The notes: a model not told the origin generated them from the sequence alone. A DNA stretch of 57,655 bases from Treponema sp. (GCA_031263265.1 JAISGE010000182.1:1-57655); one strand, 5' to 3'. Counted from the stretch's first letter, positions 1 through 9,798 are shown. Made by a program: numbers and translations.

Positions 1-266
1 TCGGAGGACCTGTTGTTTTTCGAAGAAGGTATTGAATCACTTGAAAGCATTTGAAATGGCGTTTTTTTACATCAATTACGGTTTTGTTTAATGTCTATCA
101 TACTTTGTGGATCACCTCCCTTGGTTTATACTATACCTAGTTTCTTATTCCCTGTCAACTACATTTTTTTGTTTGTTGTTAATCAGTGATAATTTCACCC
201 AAGCACCGTGCTTGTTTTTTATGGTTTTTTGGGGTATCCTGTTTCACAAGAATAGGGGGAATACTA

Positions 267-761
267 ATGATACGATCAGTGAAGCCTAGTGATGTCATGG
301 CCATTTGCGGTATATATAATCATTATATTAAGCATACGACGATCAGTTTTGAAGAAAATCCCGTTTCTATGAAAGAAATGGAGGCTCGGATTCGGGACAT
401 CAGGTCCGTGTACCCTTGGCTGGTCTGGGAAGAGGCAGGGGACGTTATCGGTTATGCTTACGTAGACAAATGGAAGGAGCGGACCGCGTACGGATTTTCC
501 GTGGAAGATAGCATTTATCTGAAGCAGAGTCATGAAGGACAGGGGCTTGGTACCAGCTTACTGACTAGATTGTTAGAAGAGGTGAAAAAGACCAATATCC
601 ACGCGGTGGTAGCGGGGATCACCTTGCCGAATGAGCGGAGTATTGCCTTACATGAAAGAATGGGCTTTACCAAAATTGCCCAGTTCAAGGAAATTGGCTT
701 TAAGCTCAACCAATGGCTTGATGTAGGGTATTGGGAACTACTTTTGAAGCCCTCCTCGTGA
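267..761 (+). CDS. GNAT-family N-acetyltransferase (phosphinothricin/methionine-sulfoximine acetyltransferase-like)
   Basis: ORF 186..761 trimmed to ATG 267 (MIRSVKPSD...). GNAT acetyl-CoA region 'QGLGTSLLTRLLEE' and PAT-like length. The upstream 27 codons look non-genic. Confidence 0.75.
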   Translation: MIRSVKPSDVMAICGIYNHYIKHTTISFEENPVSMKEMEARIRDIRSVYPWLVWEEAGDVIGYAYVDKWKERTAYGFSVEDSIYLKQSHEGQGLGTSLLTRLLEEVKKTNIHAVVAGITLPNERSIALHERMGFTKIAQFKEIGFKLNQWLDVGYWELLLKPSS

Positions 762-840
762 AAAAACAGAGAGCAGGTGAAGTTTCTGCTTGTTCTTTTT
801 CTTTATAGAGCCATACCATTTTGATACAAGGAACGTACCC

Positions 841-2298
841 ATGAAGACAAAACCGGTCAAGGAGGATCCCAAAACCCCAGGGCAGATCCTTTCGGAAAAA
901 CTCACCTTTGATTTGAAAAATTGCTGGGATACCATAGCGCCAGAGGAACGGCCCAAGATCCAGGAATTTGCCGAGGGGTATAAGCGCTTTCTGAACCAGG
1001 GAAAGACCGAACGGGAATTTGTCGGCATCTGTCTGGATCGATTGCGCGCGGATGGCTTTGTGAGCCTTGATACCCTACTGGACAGTGGGAACAAACTCCA
1101 GCCTGGGGACCGGGTATACTGGAATATCAAAGGTAAGTCGCTGGTTTTTGGAGTGATTGGCCGCAGATCCCCTAAGGAGGGGCTGAATATCCTGGGGGCC
1201 CATGTGGATTCCCCCCGAATCGACCTTAAAACCAACCCCCTTTACGAGGATTCGGGCTTTGCCCTTTTCGATACGCACTACTATGGGGGCATCAAGCATT
1301 ACCAGTGGACCGCCATACCCCTGGCCATGCATGGGACCGTGATTACCAAGGAGGGAAAGAACGTGAGTCTCTGCATCGGCGAGGAGGAGGGGGATCCGGT
1401 CTTTACGATTACCGATCTTCTGCCCCACCTAGCCCAGGACCAGATGCAGAAGAAGGCTTCTGAATTCTTAGACGGGGAAGCACTGAATATCCTGGCCGGT
1501 TCCGAGCCTTACCAGGACGACAAGGTCAAGAATCGGGTAAAGCTCCTGGTCCTCAGCTTGTTTCACGAGCAGTACGGCATAGTAGAGGAGGATTTTGCCG
1601 GCGCGGAAATCGAATTTGTTCCTACATTTAAATCCAGGGACCTGGGCCTGGACCGGAGCATGATAGGCGGATACGGCCATGATGACCGGTGCTGCGCCTA
1701 TGCCGTGTTCCAGGCGCTGCTGCACGCTGAAACCGAGGTTCCCGAGAAAACCCTGATCTGCATCCTAACAGACAAGGAGGAGATCGGTTCTGTAGGGAAT
1801 ACAGGGGCCCAATCCCGGACATTTGAGAACTTTGCCGCATACCTCTGTTCCAAGACCCTGGAGCGTTATACGGACATTGAACTCCGCCGCTGCCTGGAAC
1901 ATTCCGTCATGCTCTGCGCGGATGTCAACGCTGCGTACGACCCCAATTATGATTCGGTCTACGATAAAAAGACCGCATCCCACTTAGGTAAGGGCATGGT
2001 CCTCTCGAAGTACACAGGCCGGGGAGGTAAGGTTGGGGGCAGCGAGGCCAATGCGGAATTCTGCCAAAAGGTTCAAGGGATCCTCAACAAAAACGGGATC
2101 CGCTGGCAGTTCGGGGACTTGGGTAAGGTCGATAAAGGCGGCGGGGGAACCATCGCCCTATACGTGGCTAACCTGGGAGTGGAGGTCTTAGACTGCGGCA
2201 TCCCGGTACTTTCCATGCATTCTCCCTTCGAGGTGATAAGCAAGATCGACCTCTATACCACCTATCAGGGCTTCAGGGCCTTCCTGCAGGAGGCATGA
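841..2298 (+). CDS. M18-family aminopeptidase
   Basis: ORF 790..2298 trimmed to ATG 841 (MKTKPVKED). Metal-ligand motifs typical of M18/M42 peptidases: 'GAHVDSPR', 'GHDDRCC', 'DKEEIGS', 'SMHSP'. Confidence 0.75.
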   Translation: MKTKPVKEDPKTPGQILSEKLTFDLKNCWDTIAPEERPKIQEFAEGYKRFLNQGKTEREFVGICLDRLRADGFVSLDTLLDSGNKLQPGDRVYWNIKGKSLVFGVIGRRSPKEGLNILGAHVDSPRIDLKTNPLYEDSGFALFDTHYYGGIKHYQWTAIPLAMHGTVITKEGKNVSLCIGEEEGDPVFTITDLLPHLAQDQMQKKASEFLDGEALNILAGSEPYQDDKVKNRVKLLVLSLFHEQYGIVEEDFAGAEIEFVPTFKSRDLGLDRSMIGGYGHDDRCCAYAVFQALLHAETEVPEKTLICILTDKEEIGSVGNTGAQSRTFENFAAYLCSKTLERYTDIELRRCLEHSVMLCADVNAAYDPNYDSVYDKKTASHLGKGMVLSKYTGRGGKVGGSEANAEFCQKVQGILNKNGIRWQFGDLGKVDKGGGGTIALYVANLGVEVLDCGIPVLSMHSPFEVISKIDLYTTYQGFRAFLQEA

Positions 2299-3299
2299 GT
2301 GAGCCGGTCATTGATGGCAAGGCCCAGCCCTGTTTCAGGAACCTGTTCCGCGTGTATAACGGAAACCCCGATCCGGTCAAACTCATGGAGCAGTTCAAAG
2401 AGCCGGGCCGCGGCTTCAGCCAGGTTTCCCTGCTCCGAAAGTACGCGAATCCGGGAAGTCCCTGCAGGGTACATGAGCCCCAAGCCCTGTACCCAAGCGT
2501 CCCAGGACCAGCGGTCAAAAAATAGATAGGCTTCCGATGGCTCGTATGGCAGGTGGATCATTTCCTGCCTGGAATGAAGGGTAAGCGCGGTCCTGGGAGC
2601 ATAATGGCTCTTGAGCTGCCCTGGGGAATGAATCGTGCTGCCCGGTTCCAAAGGAGGGCCAGCTACTGGTCCTATCACGGCTTCAATACGTTCCCGGGGG
2701 GTTCCCCCAGGACGGAGAATCTGCGGAGAACCCGCGCTCAAGTCTAATACCGTGGACTCAACTCCGATACCGCAGGGCCCTCCATCAATAATAAAAGCAA
2801 CCTGGTCTCCCAGTTGTTCTTGTACATGCGCTGCTTTGGTGGGGGAGAGGTATCCAAAAGGATTGGCGCTCGGTGCGGCCACTGCCCCGGTAGAGAGGCG
2901 GATCAGCTGTTGCGCTACCCGGTGATCCGGGAAACGGACCGCCACGGTGGGAAGCCCGCTTGTGGCTAGATCCGGGACATCCGGCTGTTTAGGGAGGATT
3001 AGGGTCAAGGGGCCTGGCCATAAACAAGCGCAAAGCGCATGAACCTTATCCCGTACTGCTAATTCCAGGGAATCTGTAGCGGCTATACGCTCAAGGCTGT
3101 CCAGGTCCGCAATATGGATGATCAGGGGATCAAACCGGGGCCGGCCTTTTGCCGCAAAGATACCTGCCAAAGCCTGGAGGTTAAACCCATCTCCTCCTAA
3201 GCCGTACACGGTTTCTGTGGGAAAAGCCACAAGCAGCCCTGCCCTCAGGGCCTCAGCAGCCGTATGAAGCCCCTCATCAGAGGGAATAAGGATTTTCAT
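2265..3299 (-). CDS. tsaC: L-threonylcarbamoyladenylate synthase (Sua5/YwlC type, t6A biosynthesis)
   Basis: YrdC-domain motif 'FPTETVYGLGGD' plus a C-terminal Sua5 domain. Start set to ATG 3299 (MKILIPSD), 16 nt after the corA stop. The longer ORF start at 3398 overlaps corA. Confidence 0.85.
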   Translation of the reverse strand: MKILIPSDEGLHTAAEALRAGLLVAFPTETVYGLGGDGFNLQALAGIFAAKGRPRFDPLIIHIADLDSLERIAATDSLELAVRDKVHALCACLWPGPLTLILPKQPDVPDLATSGLPTVAVRFPDHRVAQQLIRLSTGAVAAPSANPFGYLSPTKAAHVQEQLGDQVAFIIDGGPCGIGVESTVLDLSAGSPQILRPGGTPRERIEAVIGPVAGPPLEPGSTIHSPGQLKSHYAPRTALTLHSRQEMIHLPYEPSEAYLFFDRWSWDAWVQGLGLMYPAGTSRIRVLSEQGNLAEAAARLFELLHEFDRIGVSVIHAEQVPETGLGLAINDRLTHASCRKALKP

Positions 3300-3315
3300 G
3301 GGGTTTTTAGTGCCC

Positions 3316-4287
3316 TTATAACCAATGCCGACGTTTAAAGAACAAGAGCATCCCCACCGCGATAAGTACCATAAGCCCCCAGGTGAGGGGATACGCATAA
3401 GGATAGTTCAATTCAGGCATGTAGGCGAAATTCATGCCGTACACCCCCACAATAAAGGTCAGAGGAATGAAGATGGTTGAAATAATGGTTAATACCTTCA
3501 TAACCTTGTTCATCCGGTTTGAGAGGAGGGATAGGTTTACCTCCATCACCCCGGTCAAGAGTTCCTGGTACGTCTCCAGGGTTTCAAGCACCTGAATCAT
3601 ATTATCATGGAGGTCCTTGAGGAACGGTTCAAGCTCAGGGTTAAGCAGGTCTGAATCCAGCCGCGGGAGACTTATCAGGCTTTCCCTCAGGGGCCACATA
3701 ATCCGTCGTATCTTTATGAGGGTTTGCTTGACCTTTTGAAGATCCGAAATCAAGGACGTATCATTTTCATCCAAGGCTCGTTCTTCAAAGTCCTCAATGC
3801 TCGTGCCCAGGGTATCTAAGGCAACAAAATACTCGTCCACCACCGAATCAATGATCGCATAAGCCAGGTAATCCGCACCCATCTTCCGAATTCTACCGAT
3901 ATTATTTAAGATCCTCCGCCTGATACCTTCAAAAGAATTTCTAGGGATTTGCTGAAAGGTAATAACCGTATCATGAGTCAGAATAAGGCTTATCTGATCA
4001 AGGCTTATTTCCTCCCGTTGCCGGGTAATTGCCTTAAAGGTGATAAAAAGATAGTCTGCAAATTCTTCAGCCTTTGGCCGCTGTTCTACGTCCAGGATGT
4101 CTTCCACGGTCAAAGGGTGAATACCGAAGGTGTTCACCAAGGTTTGTATGGCCAAAGTATCCTTAAACCCGTTGATATGTATCCAGGTAAGCTCTCCGGT
4201 ATTCCTGCAAGATAGTAATTCCTCTACCGTATTCGCAGTTTTCATCCATGCGCTTACTGGATCGTATCCTATGATAGAGCAATCCAT
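3316..4287 (-). CDS. corA: CorA magnesium/cobalt transporter
   Basis: Signature 'YGMNF' followed by the second C-terminal TM helix. CorA-like length of 323 aa. Confidence 0.9.
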   Translation of the reverse strand: MDCSIIGYDPVSAWMKTANTVEELLSCRNTGELTWIHINGFKDTLAIQTLVNTFGIHPLTVEDILDVEQRPKAEEFADYLFITFKAITRQREEISLDQISLILTHDTVITFQQIPRNSFEGIRRRILNNIGRIRKMGADYLAYAIIDSVVDEYFVALDTLGTSIEDFEERALDENDTSLISDLQKVKQTLIKIRRIMWPLRESLISLPRLDSDLLNPELEPFLKDLHDNMIQVLETLETYQELLTGVMEVNLSLLSNRMNKVMKVLTIISTIFIPLTFIVGVYGMNFAYMPELNYPYAYPLTWGLMVLIAVGMLLFFKRRHWL

Positions 4288-4361
4288 TTATTCACCATAC
4301 TATATGAAGGAACACCTGGCAAGACCTCGCATTTGCCTGAACTAAAAATGAACTGAAGATT

Positions 4362-4397
4362 AAACAAAAAGCGGATTAATCATAAAGAATAATCCGC
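4362..4397 (-). terminator. Rho-independent terminator after tRNA-Asn
   Basis: Minus strand GCGGATTA-11 nt loop-TAATCCGC followed by TTTTTGTTT. Confidence 0.7.
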
Positions 4398-4403
4398 CTC
4401 AAA

Positions 4404-4476
4404 CTCCCCCGCGCGGGCTCGAACCACGGACCCAGTGGTTAACAGCCACTTGCTCTGCCAACTGAGCTACAGGGGA
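4404..4476 (-). tRNA. tRNA-Asn (anticodon GTT)
   Basis: The reverse complement folds as a cloverleaf. Acceptor TCCCCTG/CGGGGGA, D-arm GCTC..GAGC, anticodon stem AGTGG/CCACT with loop CTGTTAA, T-arm CGTGG-TTCGAGC-CCGCG. No encoded CCA. Confidence 0.9.
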
Positions 4477-4484
4477 ATGTATTT

Positions 4485-4513
4485 AATATATATAAGGATG
4501 CCCCAAAGGTCAA
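4485..4513 (-). promoter_or_regulatory. Sigma70-type promoter candidate for tRNA-Asn
   Basis: The minus strand reads TTGACC-17 nt-TATATT. The -10 box ends 8 nt before tRNA position +1. Confidence 0.55.
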
Positions 4514-4588
4514 TACCCAATCATACCATTTCCAGGGCAAATTCATAAAAAATTAACCGGAAGTCCCCTGTTCGGTAAAAGTGAATGA

Positions 4589-5152
4589 TTAGCCAAAAAT
4601 GAGGGCATCCATTCTTTTATCCCACGTTTCTGTGGGAACCTCAGGAACAATCTGGGCTTTCATACATATACCCAACGTAGCATAAGATATACCCTGTTTG
4701 TCCAAGGAGCCAAAAAAACGGTCGTAATACCCTCTTCCGTGTCCCATCCGATCCCCTTCTTGGGTAAAAGCCACTCCAGGTACGATAATCAGCCCGGGGA
4801 AATCCTGGGATTTCAACAAATCCTCTGACTTCTCTGTTTGCGGTTCCCGAATACCAAAGGCCCCATAATGCCAGGGACCGGATAGAGTATAAATACGAAA
4901 GAAATGCAGATCTTCACCGGAAACCTTAGGGACAAAAATCTTTTTCTTATTAGAGAATGCGGTCTCAAGGAGCGGTTGTGTATCAATTTCCAGGTTCATC
5001 GAAAGATAGAACAAGATAGTTTCGTATTGGGACCACATGGGCAGGCTTTGTATGCGGGAAGCAACCTGTAAACCTTCTTCATAAAACTTCTCTGGAGGAA
5101 GGGATTCCAGACGCTGTTTTATCTCTTTCCGTAAAGCGGCTTTGGTAACCAT
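4589..5152 (-). CDS. 5-formyltetrahydrofolate cyclo-ligase
   Basis: Family motif 'VPGVAFTQEGDRMGHGRGYYDRF' and typical length of 187 aa. Confidence 0.85.
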   Translation of the reverse strand: MVTKAALRKEIKQRLESLPPEKFYEEGLQVASRIQSLPMWSQYETILFYLSMNLEIDTQPLLETAFSNKKKIFVPKVSGEDLHFFRIYTLSGPWHYGAFGIREPQTEKSEDLLKSQDFPGLIIVPGVAFTQEGDRMGHGRGYYDRFFGSLDKQGISYATLGICMKAQIVPEVPTETWDKRMDALIFG

Positions 5153-5181
5153 AGTATAACCTCTTAATTAATAAGTGATCC

Positions 5182-5205
5182 AGTTTCAAAACTCCCCTTT
5201 TGAAA
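5182..5205. repeat. Palindrome copy a: GTTTCAAAA-ctcccc-TTTTGAAAC
   Basis: Perfect 9-bp arms with a 6-nt spacer. Its centre is about 42 nt upstream of the 5-formyl-THF cyclo-ligase ATG, in the divergent clpS region. Confidence 0.9.
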
Positions 5206-5348
5206 CAACCTGATTTTTATACAAAAATAATACATTTTTTAAGGGTACACAAGGGGGCATGTCATGGCTCTACTGAGCCTTGCGTTTACCCTGTTAAGGC
5301 TCCTGGATACCTATTGTGCTCTTATCCAATTTTGGGTATGCTCAAAGT

Positions 5349-5660
5349 ATGCCTGTACATACCAGGGATGATACGTTATTTGCCACCAAGAAAGCGGAAG
5401 AGCTCAAGGAGCCTGAAGAATTTCAGGTGATATTGCTCAATGATCATTATACCACCATGGATTTTGTAGTGGAAATCTTGATCGCCGTATTCCATAAAGA
5501 CCCGCTTGAGGCGAATCGTATCATGATGGATGTGCATCGAAAAGGACGGGGGGTGGTAGGACAATACCCCTGGGATATAGCCCAGACCAAGGCCCAACAG
5601 GTGCATACCTTGGCCAGGCAGTACGAATTTCCCCTCCGATGTATTGTAGAATCCCTATAA
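5349..5660 (+). CDS. clpS: ATP-dependent Clp protease adaptor ClpS
   Basis: Core 'FQVILLNDHYTTMDFVVEIL...HRKGRGVVG'. ATG 5349 gives a typical 103 aa. An alternative GTG start lies at 5316. Confidence 0.85.
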   Translation: MPVHTRDDTLFATKKAEELKEPEEFQVILLNDHYTTMDFVVEILIAVFHKDPLEANRIMMDVHRKGRGVVGQYPWDIAQTKAQQVHTLARQYEFPLRCIVESL

Positions 5661-5837
5661 GAAGCCGGGTTACCGTAAAAACAGTATGATAGGTATAAAC
5701 AAAAATTAAAAATGGGGGAAAACCAAATTTGCTATAAAACTCATAGTGTTTTATCAGCTTTAGTATTATAATCTAATTAGTGGTATTTTTTTTAATGTAA
5801 AGAGCTGGGGTCCATACCCTGAGCGGGAGTACTAAAG

Positions 5838-8333
5838 ATGAAAATCAGCGGCCATGTACAGGCCATTATAAACGCCGCCTATCATGAGGCTAAAGTGCGC
5901 AACCATGAGTACCTGACGCCGGAACATATACTATATGCAGCCTTAGCCTTTGATGAGGTCCAGGGTATACTGTCTGCTTGCGGCGCCAATCTGGATATGC
6001 TTAAAGATGGTATGGAAAGTTATTTTGAGCAGAAAGTCCCCAGTATAGGTGATACAGAGCCGACCCAAACCGTGGGTTTTCAGAGTGTCATTGAACGAGC
6101 AGTACTTCAAAGCCAGGCTTCCCAGAAACATACCTTGGATGTGGCAGATATCCTTGTATCCCTCTATGATGAAGAACAAAATTATTGTGCCTATTATTTG
6201 CGCAAATTGGGGGTTAAACGGTTTGAACTCCTCAATGTCCTCTCTCATGGATTTGATGGAGATAGAGGGCCCTTCAGCCTTAATAAAATGAACGGCAGTG
6301 CGCTCCAAGAACGAAAAGAAGAGTCGGTTGATGAGGATGGACTGGATCCGGCTCAAAAAACCAAAGGGAATAAACGGAGCGCTTTGGAACGGTATGCTAC
6401 GGAACTTACCGCCCTAGCTAAAGAACATAAGCTTGAACCAGTTATCGGCAGGGAAGTAGAGTTAGACCGGACCATTCAAGTACTGTGCAGACGGCTCAAA
6501 AACAACCCCGTCCATGTGGGGGATTCAGGAGTGGGAAAAACCGCCATCACCGAAGGACTTGCCCAACGTATCGTAGCGGGGAATGTACCTCCTACCCTTA
6601 GAAATTTCTCTATCTTTTCCTTGGATATGGGCGCCTTGGTGGCAGGTACCAAATACCGCGGGGATTTTGAAGAACGAATCAAGCGGGTTATTGAAGAAAT
6701 GCTAAAAAAAGAAAAGGCCATCCTTTTTATTGATGAAATTCATACCCTCGTGGGAGCAGGGTCGGTCTCTGGAGGAGCCTTGGATGCCTCTAATCTTCTC
6801 AAGCCTGCCCTTACTTCCGGGAAAATTCGTTGTATCGGTTCCACTACCCACGAAGAATATAACAAATTTTTTGACAAGGATCGGGCTTTGTCCCGGCGGT
6901 TTCAGAAGATTGATATCGATGAACCGAGTGAGCATGATGCTATAGCCATCCTCCAGGGGCTTAAATCAAAATACGAGGAATACCATAAAGTTCGTTATAC
7001 TGATGAAGCGGTAGAAGGGGCTGTACGGCTTTCTGCACAGTTTATCACCGAACGACGCCTGCCAGACAAGGCCATCGACGTGATCGATGAAGCTGGCGCC
7101 TTTGCCCGAATAGCAGCTTCTAAGCAAAGTGAGGAAAAACCTCCTCTGCCTAAAGAGCCTGAGGTAAATAATAAAAACAGCCTATCAAAAAAATTTTCCC
7201 TTTTTTTTGATAGGCATGACAAGGCAGAAAAAAACGAGAAAAAAGTATCTTTGGAAGTTGAGAGTGGTCTCTTGGCTGAAGGAACCTCAGTGCAAGAGGG
7301 AACCGTAGAAATTGTTGATATTGGGCTTCCCTTAATTGAATCGGTGATTTCCCGGATAGCCCGGATACCGGAACGGTCAGTAGGAGAAAATGAGAAAGAT
7401 AAACTCCGCAATCTAGAAGAGCGGCTCAAAGTGCGGATATTCGGTCAAGATGAGGCAGTGAGCATGGTAGTCGCGGCAGTGAAGCGATCCCGGGCCGGTT
7501 TTAGGGCTGAGGGCAAACCAGTGGCGAATTTTCTCTTTGTAGGCCCTACCGGAGTGGGTAAAACTGAATTAGCCCGGAGCCTTGCTCAAATCCTGGGAGT
7601 TTCTATACACCGATTCGATATGAGTGAATATCAGGAAAAACATACCATTTCGAGGCTCATTGGATCGCCCCCTGGGTATGTGGGGTATGAAGAGGGAGGA
7701 CTCTTAACCGATGTTATACGGAAGCAGCCCCATAGTGTAGTTCTATTAGATGAGATTGAAAAAGCCCACTCGGATATTTACAACATCCTCTTGCAGATCA
7801 TGGATTATGCAACCCTCACAGACAATAACGGCAGGAAAGCGGATTTTCGCAATGTGGTCCTTATTATGACCAGCAACGCCGGCGCCCGGGATATTGGTAA
7901 GAGCCTCATCGGGTTTGGGGAGCGGAGTATTGATGCGTCCGCGGTAGATGGAGCGGTGGAGAAAACCTTCACCCCGGAATTCCGGAATCGTCTGGATGCA
8001 GTAGTCCGTTTCAGCCACCTCTCTCGAGAAATTATGACTTCCATTGTACGTAAAGAATTGAATCTCTTCAAAACCCAATTAGCAGAGAAAAAGGTCACCC
8101 TGGAAGTTACCGATACCTGTATTGACCAGCTTGCAAGTGATGGGTATAGTCGAGAATTCGGCGCCCGTAATGTAGGTCGAGTTATTGAAGATAGAATCAA
8201 ATCCTTTTTTGTGGATGAGGTTCTCTTTGGCCGTCTCGCTGAAGGGGGAAGCGCTCGGGCTGATTGGTTTGAGGGTGCATACCAGATCACCGTGTTGGAG
8301 ACTACTCATGCCCGGGGTACTAAGGTGCTATGA
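5838..8333 (+). CDS. clpA: ATP-dependent Clp protease ATP-binding subunit ClpA
   Basis: Clp N-domain repeats and two AAA+ modules (Walker A 'GDSGVGKTA' and 'GPTGVGKTE'). Sits directly after clpS. About 60 extra residues lie between D1 and D2. Confidence 0.9.
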   Translation: MKISGHVQAIINAAYHEAKVRNHEYLTPEHILYAALAFDEVQGILSACGANLDMLKDGMESYFEQKVPSIGDTEPTQTVGFQSVIERAVLQSQASQKHTLDVADILVSLYDEEQNYCAYYLRKLGVKRFELLNVLSHGFDGDRGPFSLNKMNGSALQERKEESVDEDGLDPAQKTKGNKRSALERYATELTALAKEHKLEPVIGREVELDRTIQVLCRRLKNNPVHVGDSGVGKTAITEGLAQRIVAGNVPPTLRNFSIFSLDMGALVAGTKYRGDFEERIKRVIEEMLKKEKAILFIDEIHTLVGAGSVSGGALDASNLLKPALTSGKIRCIGSTTHEEYNKFFDKDRALSRRFQKIDIDEPSEHDAIAILQGLKSKYEEYHKVRYTDEAVEGAVRLSAQFITERRLPDKAIDVIDEAGAFARIAASKQSEEKPPLPKEPEVNNKNSLSKKFSLFFDRHDKAEKNEKKVSLEVESGLLAEGTSVQEGTVEIVDIGLPLIESVISRIARIPERSVGENEKDKLRNLEERLKVRIFGQDEAVSMVVAAVKRSRAGFRAEGKPVANFLFVGPTGVGKTELARSLAQILGVSIHRFDMSEYQEKHTISRLIGSPPGYVGYEEGGLLTDVIRKQPHSVVLLDEIEKAHSDIYNILLQIMDYATLTDNNGRKADFRNVVLIMTSNAGARDIGKSLIGFGERSIDASAVDGAVEKTFTPEFRNRLDAVVRFSHLSREIMTSIVRKELNLFKTQLAEKKVTLEVTDTCIDQLASDGYSREFGARNVGRVIEDRIKSFFVDEVLFGRLAEGGSARADWFEGAYQITVLETTHARGTKVL

Positions 8334-9148
8334 GGGATCGGATGGCCGGTGCCGATCCTGATTTTCCCTATCTCAGCGAATACCAGCGTTATTCTTTCCC
8401 TAGGCCCGATGCATACCTTTCTCGAGGCGAAAGCATCATCGCTATAGGAGGTAACCTTTCCCCAGGGATGCTCCTCTCCGCCTATGAGCAGGGTATATTC
8501 CCTTGGTATAATCCAGAAGACCCTATTCTTTGGCAATCTCCGGATCCCCGGATGGTATTGTTTCCAGAAAAGCTCCACATCTCCGCTTCCATGAAAAAGG
8601 TCTTTAAGAAAAGCTGTTTTGAGTTTGCCTTAGATCGGGATTTTAGGGGCGTTATCCAGGGTTGTGCCGCGATGTCTAGGCCTGGTCAGCAAGGGACCTG
8701 GATCACCGAGGACATCATCGCCGCGTATACAGAATTGCACCGTTTAGGTTGGGCTCATTCAGCGGAAAGTTATCAGTACGGGGAACTGGTGGGGGGATGT
8801 TACGGTATACGTCTGGGGAACGTCTTCTTTGGAGAATCCATGTTTGCCAAGCGATCCAATGCGTCCAAGGGGGCTTTTCTTTTTCTTGCTCAGCGGCTTT
8901 TTGCCGATGAGGTCGCCTTTATTGACTGTCAGGTCTACACGGATCACCTGGCCAGCCTGGGTGCAGAAACAATGAGTCGAAAGGCATTTTTACAAGTCCT
9001 CCAAGAAACTCTTGCCCTTCGCCGACAGATACCTTATACTGGGGATCTTATCACGTTTTATACCCAATCGGACCGTATAGACCGGCGGGGAACTTGGGCC
9101 TGCACTGCACTCACTGCATTGGATAGTACCTACTCAAGATACCAATAA
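8330..9148 (+). CDS. aat: Leucyl/phenylalanyl-tRNA--protein transferase
   Basis: Motifs 'GIFPWY', 'WQSPDPRMV', 'GGCYG..GNVFFGESMFA'. The ATG overlaps the clpA stop (ATGA). Confidence 0.85.
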   Translation: MRDRMAGADPDFPYLSEYQRYSFPRPDAYLSRGESIIAIGGNLSPGMLLSAYEQGIFPWYNPEDPILWQSPDPRMVLFPEKLHISASMKKVFKKSCFEFALDRDFRGVIQGCAAMSRPGQQGTWITEDIIAAYTELHRLGWAHSAESYQYGELVGGCYGIRLGNVFFGESMFAKRSNASKGAFLFLAQRLFADEVAFIDCQVYTDHLASLGAETMSRKAFLQVLQETLALRRQIPYTGDLITFYTQSDRIDRRGTWACTALTALDSTYSRYQ

Positions 9149-9216
9149 GCTCCATTTTTTACGTTTTTGTGGTAAATACAACCGACGCCTTGTGTGTAAG
9201 GAGGTATAATTAAACT

Positions 9217-9798
9217 ATGGTACACATTCATGAGGATCGATGCACGGGCTGCGGCCTATGCGCTAAAGCCTGTCACGAGGCAGCGATTGGTATTATTGAT
9301 GGTAAAGCTCGCCTCCTACAGGAGGCGTATTGCGATGGACTTGGTAATTGTATACCGGTTTGTCCTACAGGAGCTATCACGGTAGAAGCTGAGAGCCCTC
9401 AGATTCCACCGGATTTTTCGCCCCCGATACCCGGTAAATTTGTCCAATGGCCGGTACAACTTGCCCTGGTACCGATACAGGCCACTTACTTTGAACAGGC
9501 CCAGGTGGTAATAGCTGCTGATTGTTGCGCTTATGTGTATAGCAATTTTCACCAGGAATTTATGAAAGATCGTATCATCCTCATTGGATGTCCAAAACTC
9601 GATTCCCCAGATTACGGTGAAAAACTAAGGGAAATTATCAAGCACAATGCCATCAAATCCTTACAGGTGATTCGGATGGAAGTACCCTGTTGTGGAGGCA
9701 TAGAATATGCAGTACGTACCGCTCTTAAAAACTCAGGTAAAAATCTTTCTTTAACCGTAACCATTCTTTCCATCAATGGTACAATGGTGAATGTATAA
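9217..9798 (+). CDS. 4Fe-4S dicluster domain protein with Cys-rich C-terminal domain (uncharacterised)
   Basis: N-terminal 'CTGCGLCAKAC' and 'CDGLGNCIPVCP' ferredoxin motifs. The C-terminal part carries 'ADCC', 'GCPKLD' and 'VPCCGG'. An AAGGAGG RBS lies 8 nt upstream. Confidence 0.7.
   Translation: MVHIHEDRCTGCGLCAKACHEAAIGIIDGKARLLQEAYCDGLGNCIPVCPTGAITVEAESPQIPPDFSPPIPGKFVQWPVQLALVPIQATYFEQAQVVIAADCCAYVYSNFHQEFMKDRIILIGCPKLDSPDYGEKLREIIKHNAIKSLQVIRMEVPCCGGIEYAVRTALKNSGKNLSLTVTILSINGTMVNV

Noticed and set aside
1-54. Open frame from the window edge to TGA at 52-54 (SEDLLFFEEGIESLESI*), possibly the 3' end of an upstream gene.
   Set aside because: Only 17 codons are visible, with no identifiable motif. 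I cannot support a call.
107-289. 60-aa ORF upstream of and overlapping the GNAT gene.
   Set aside because: Its sequence is hydrophobic and low-complexity, there is no RBS, and it overlaps the likely promoter and start region of the acetyltransferase gene.
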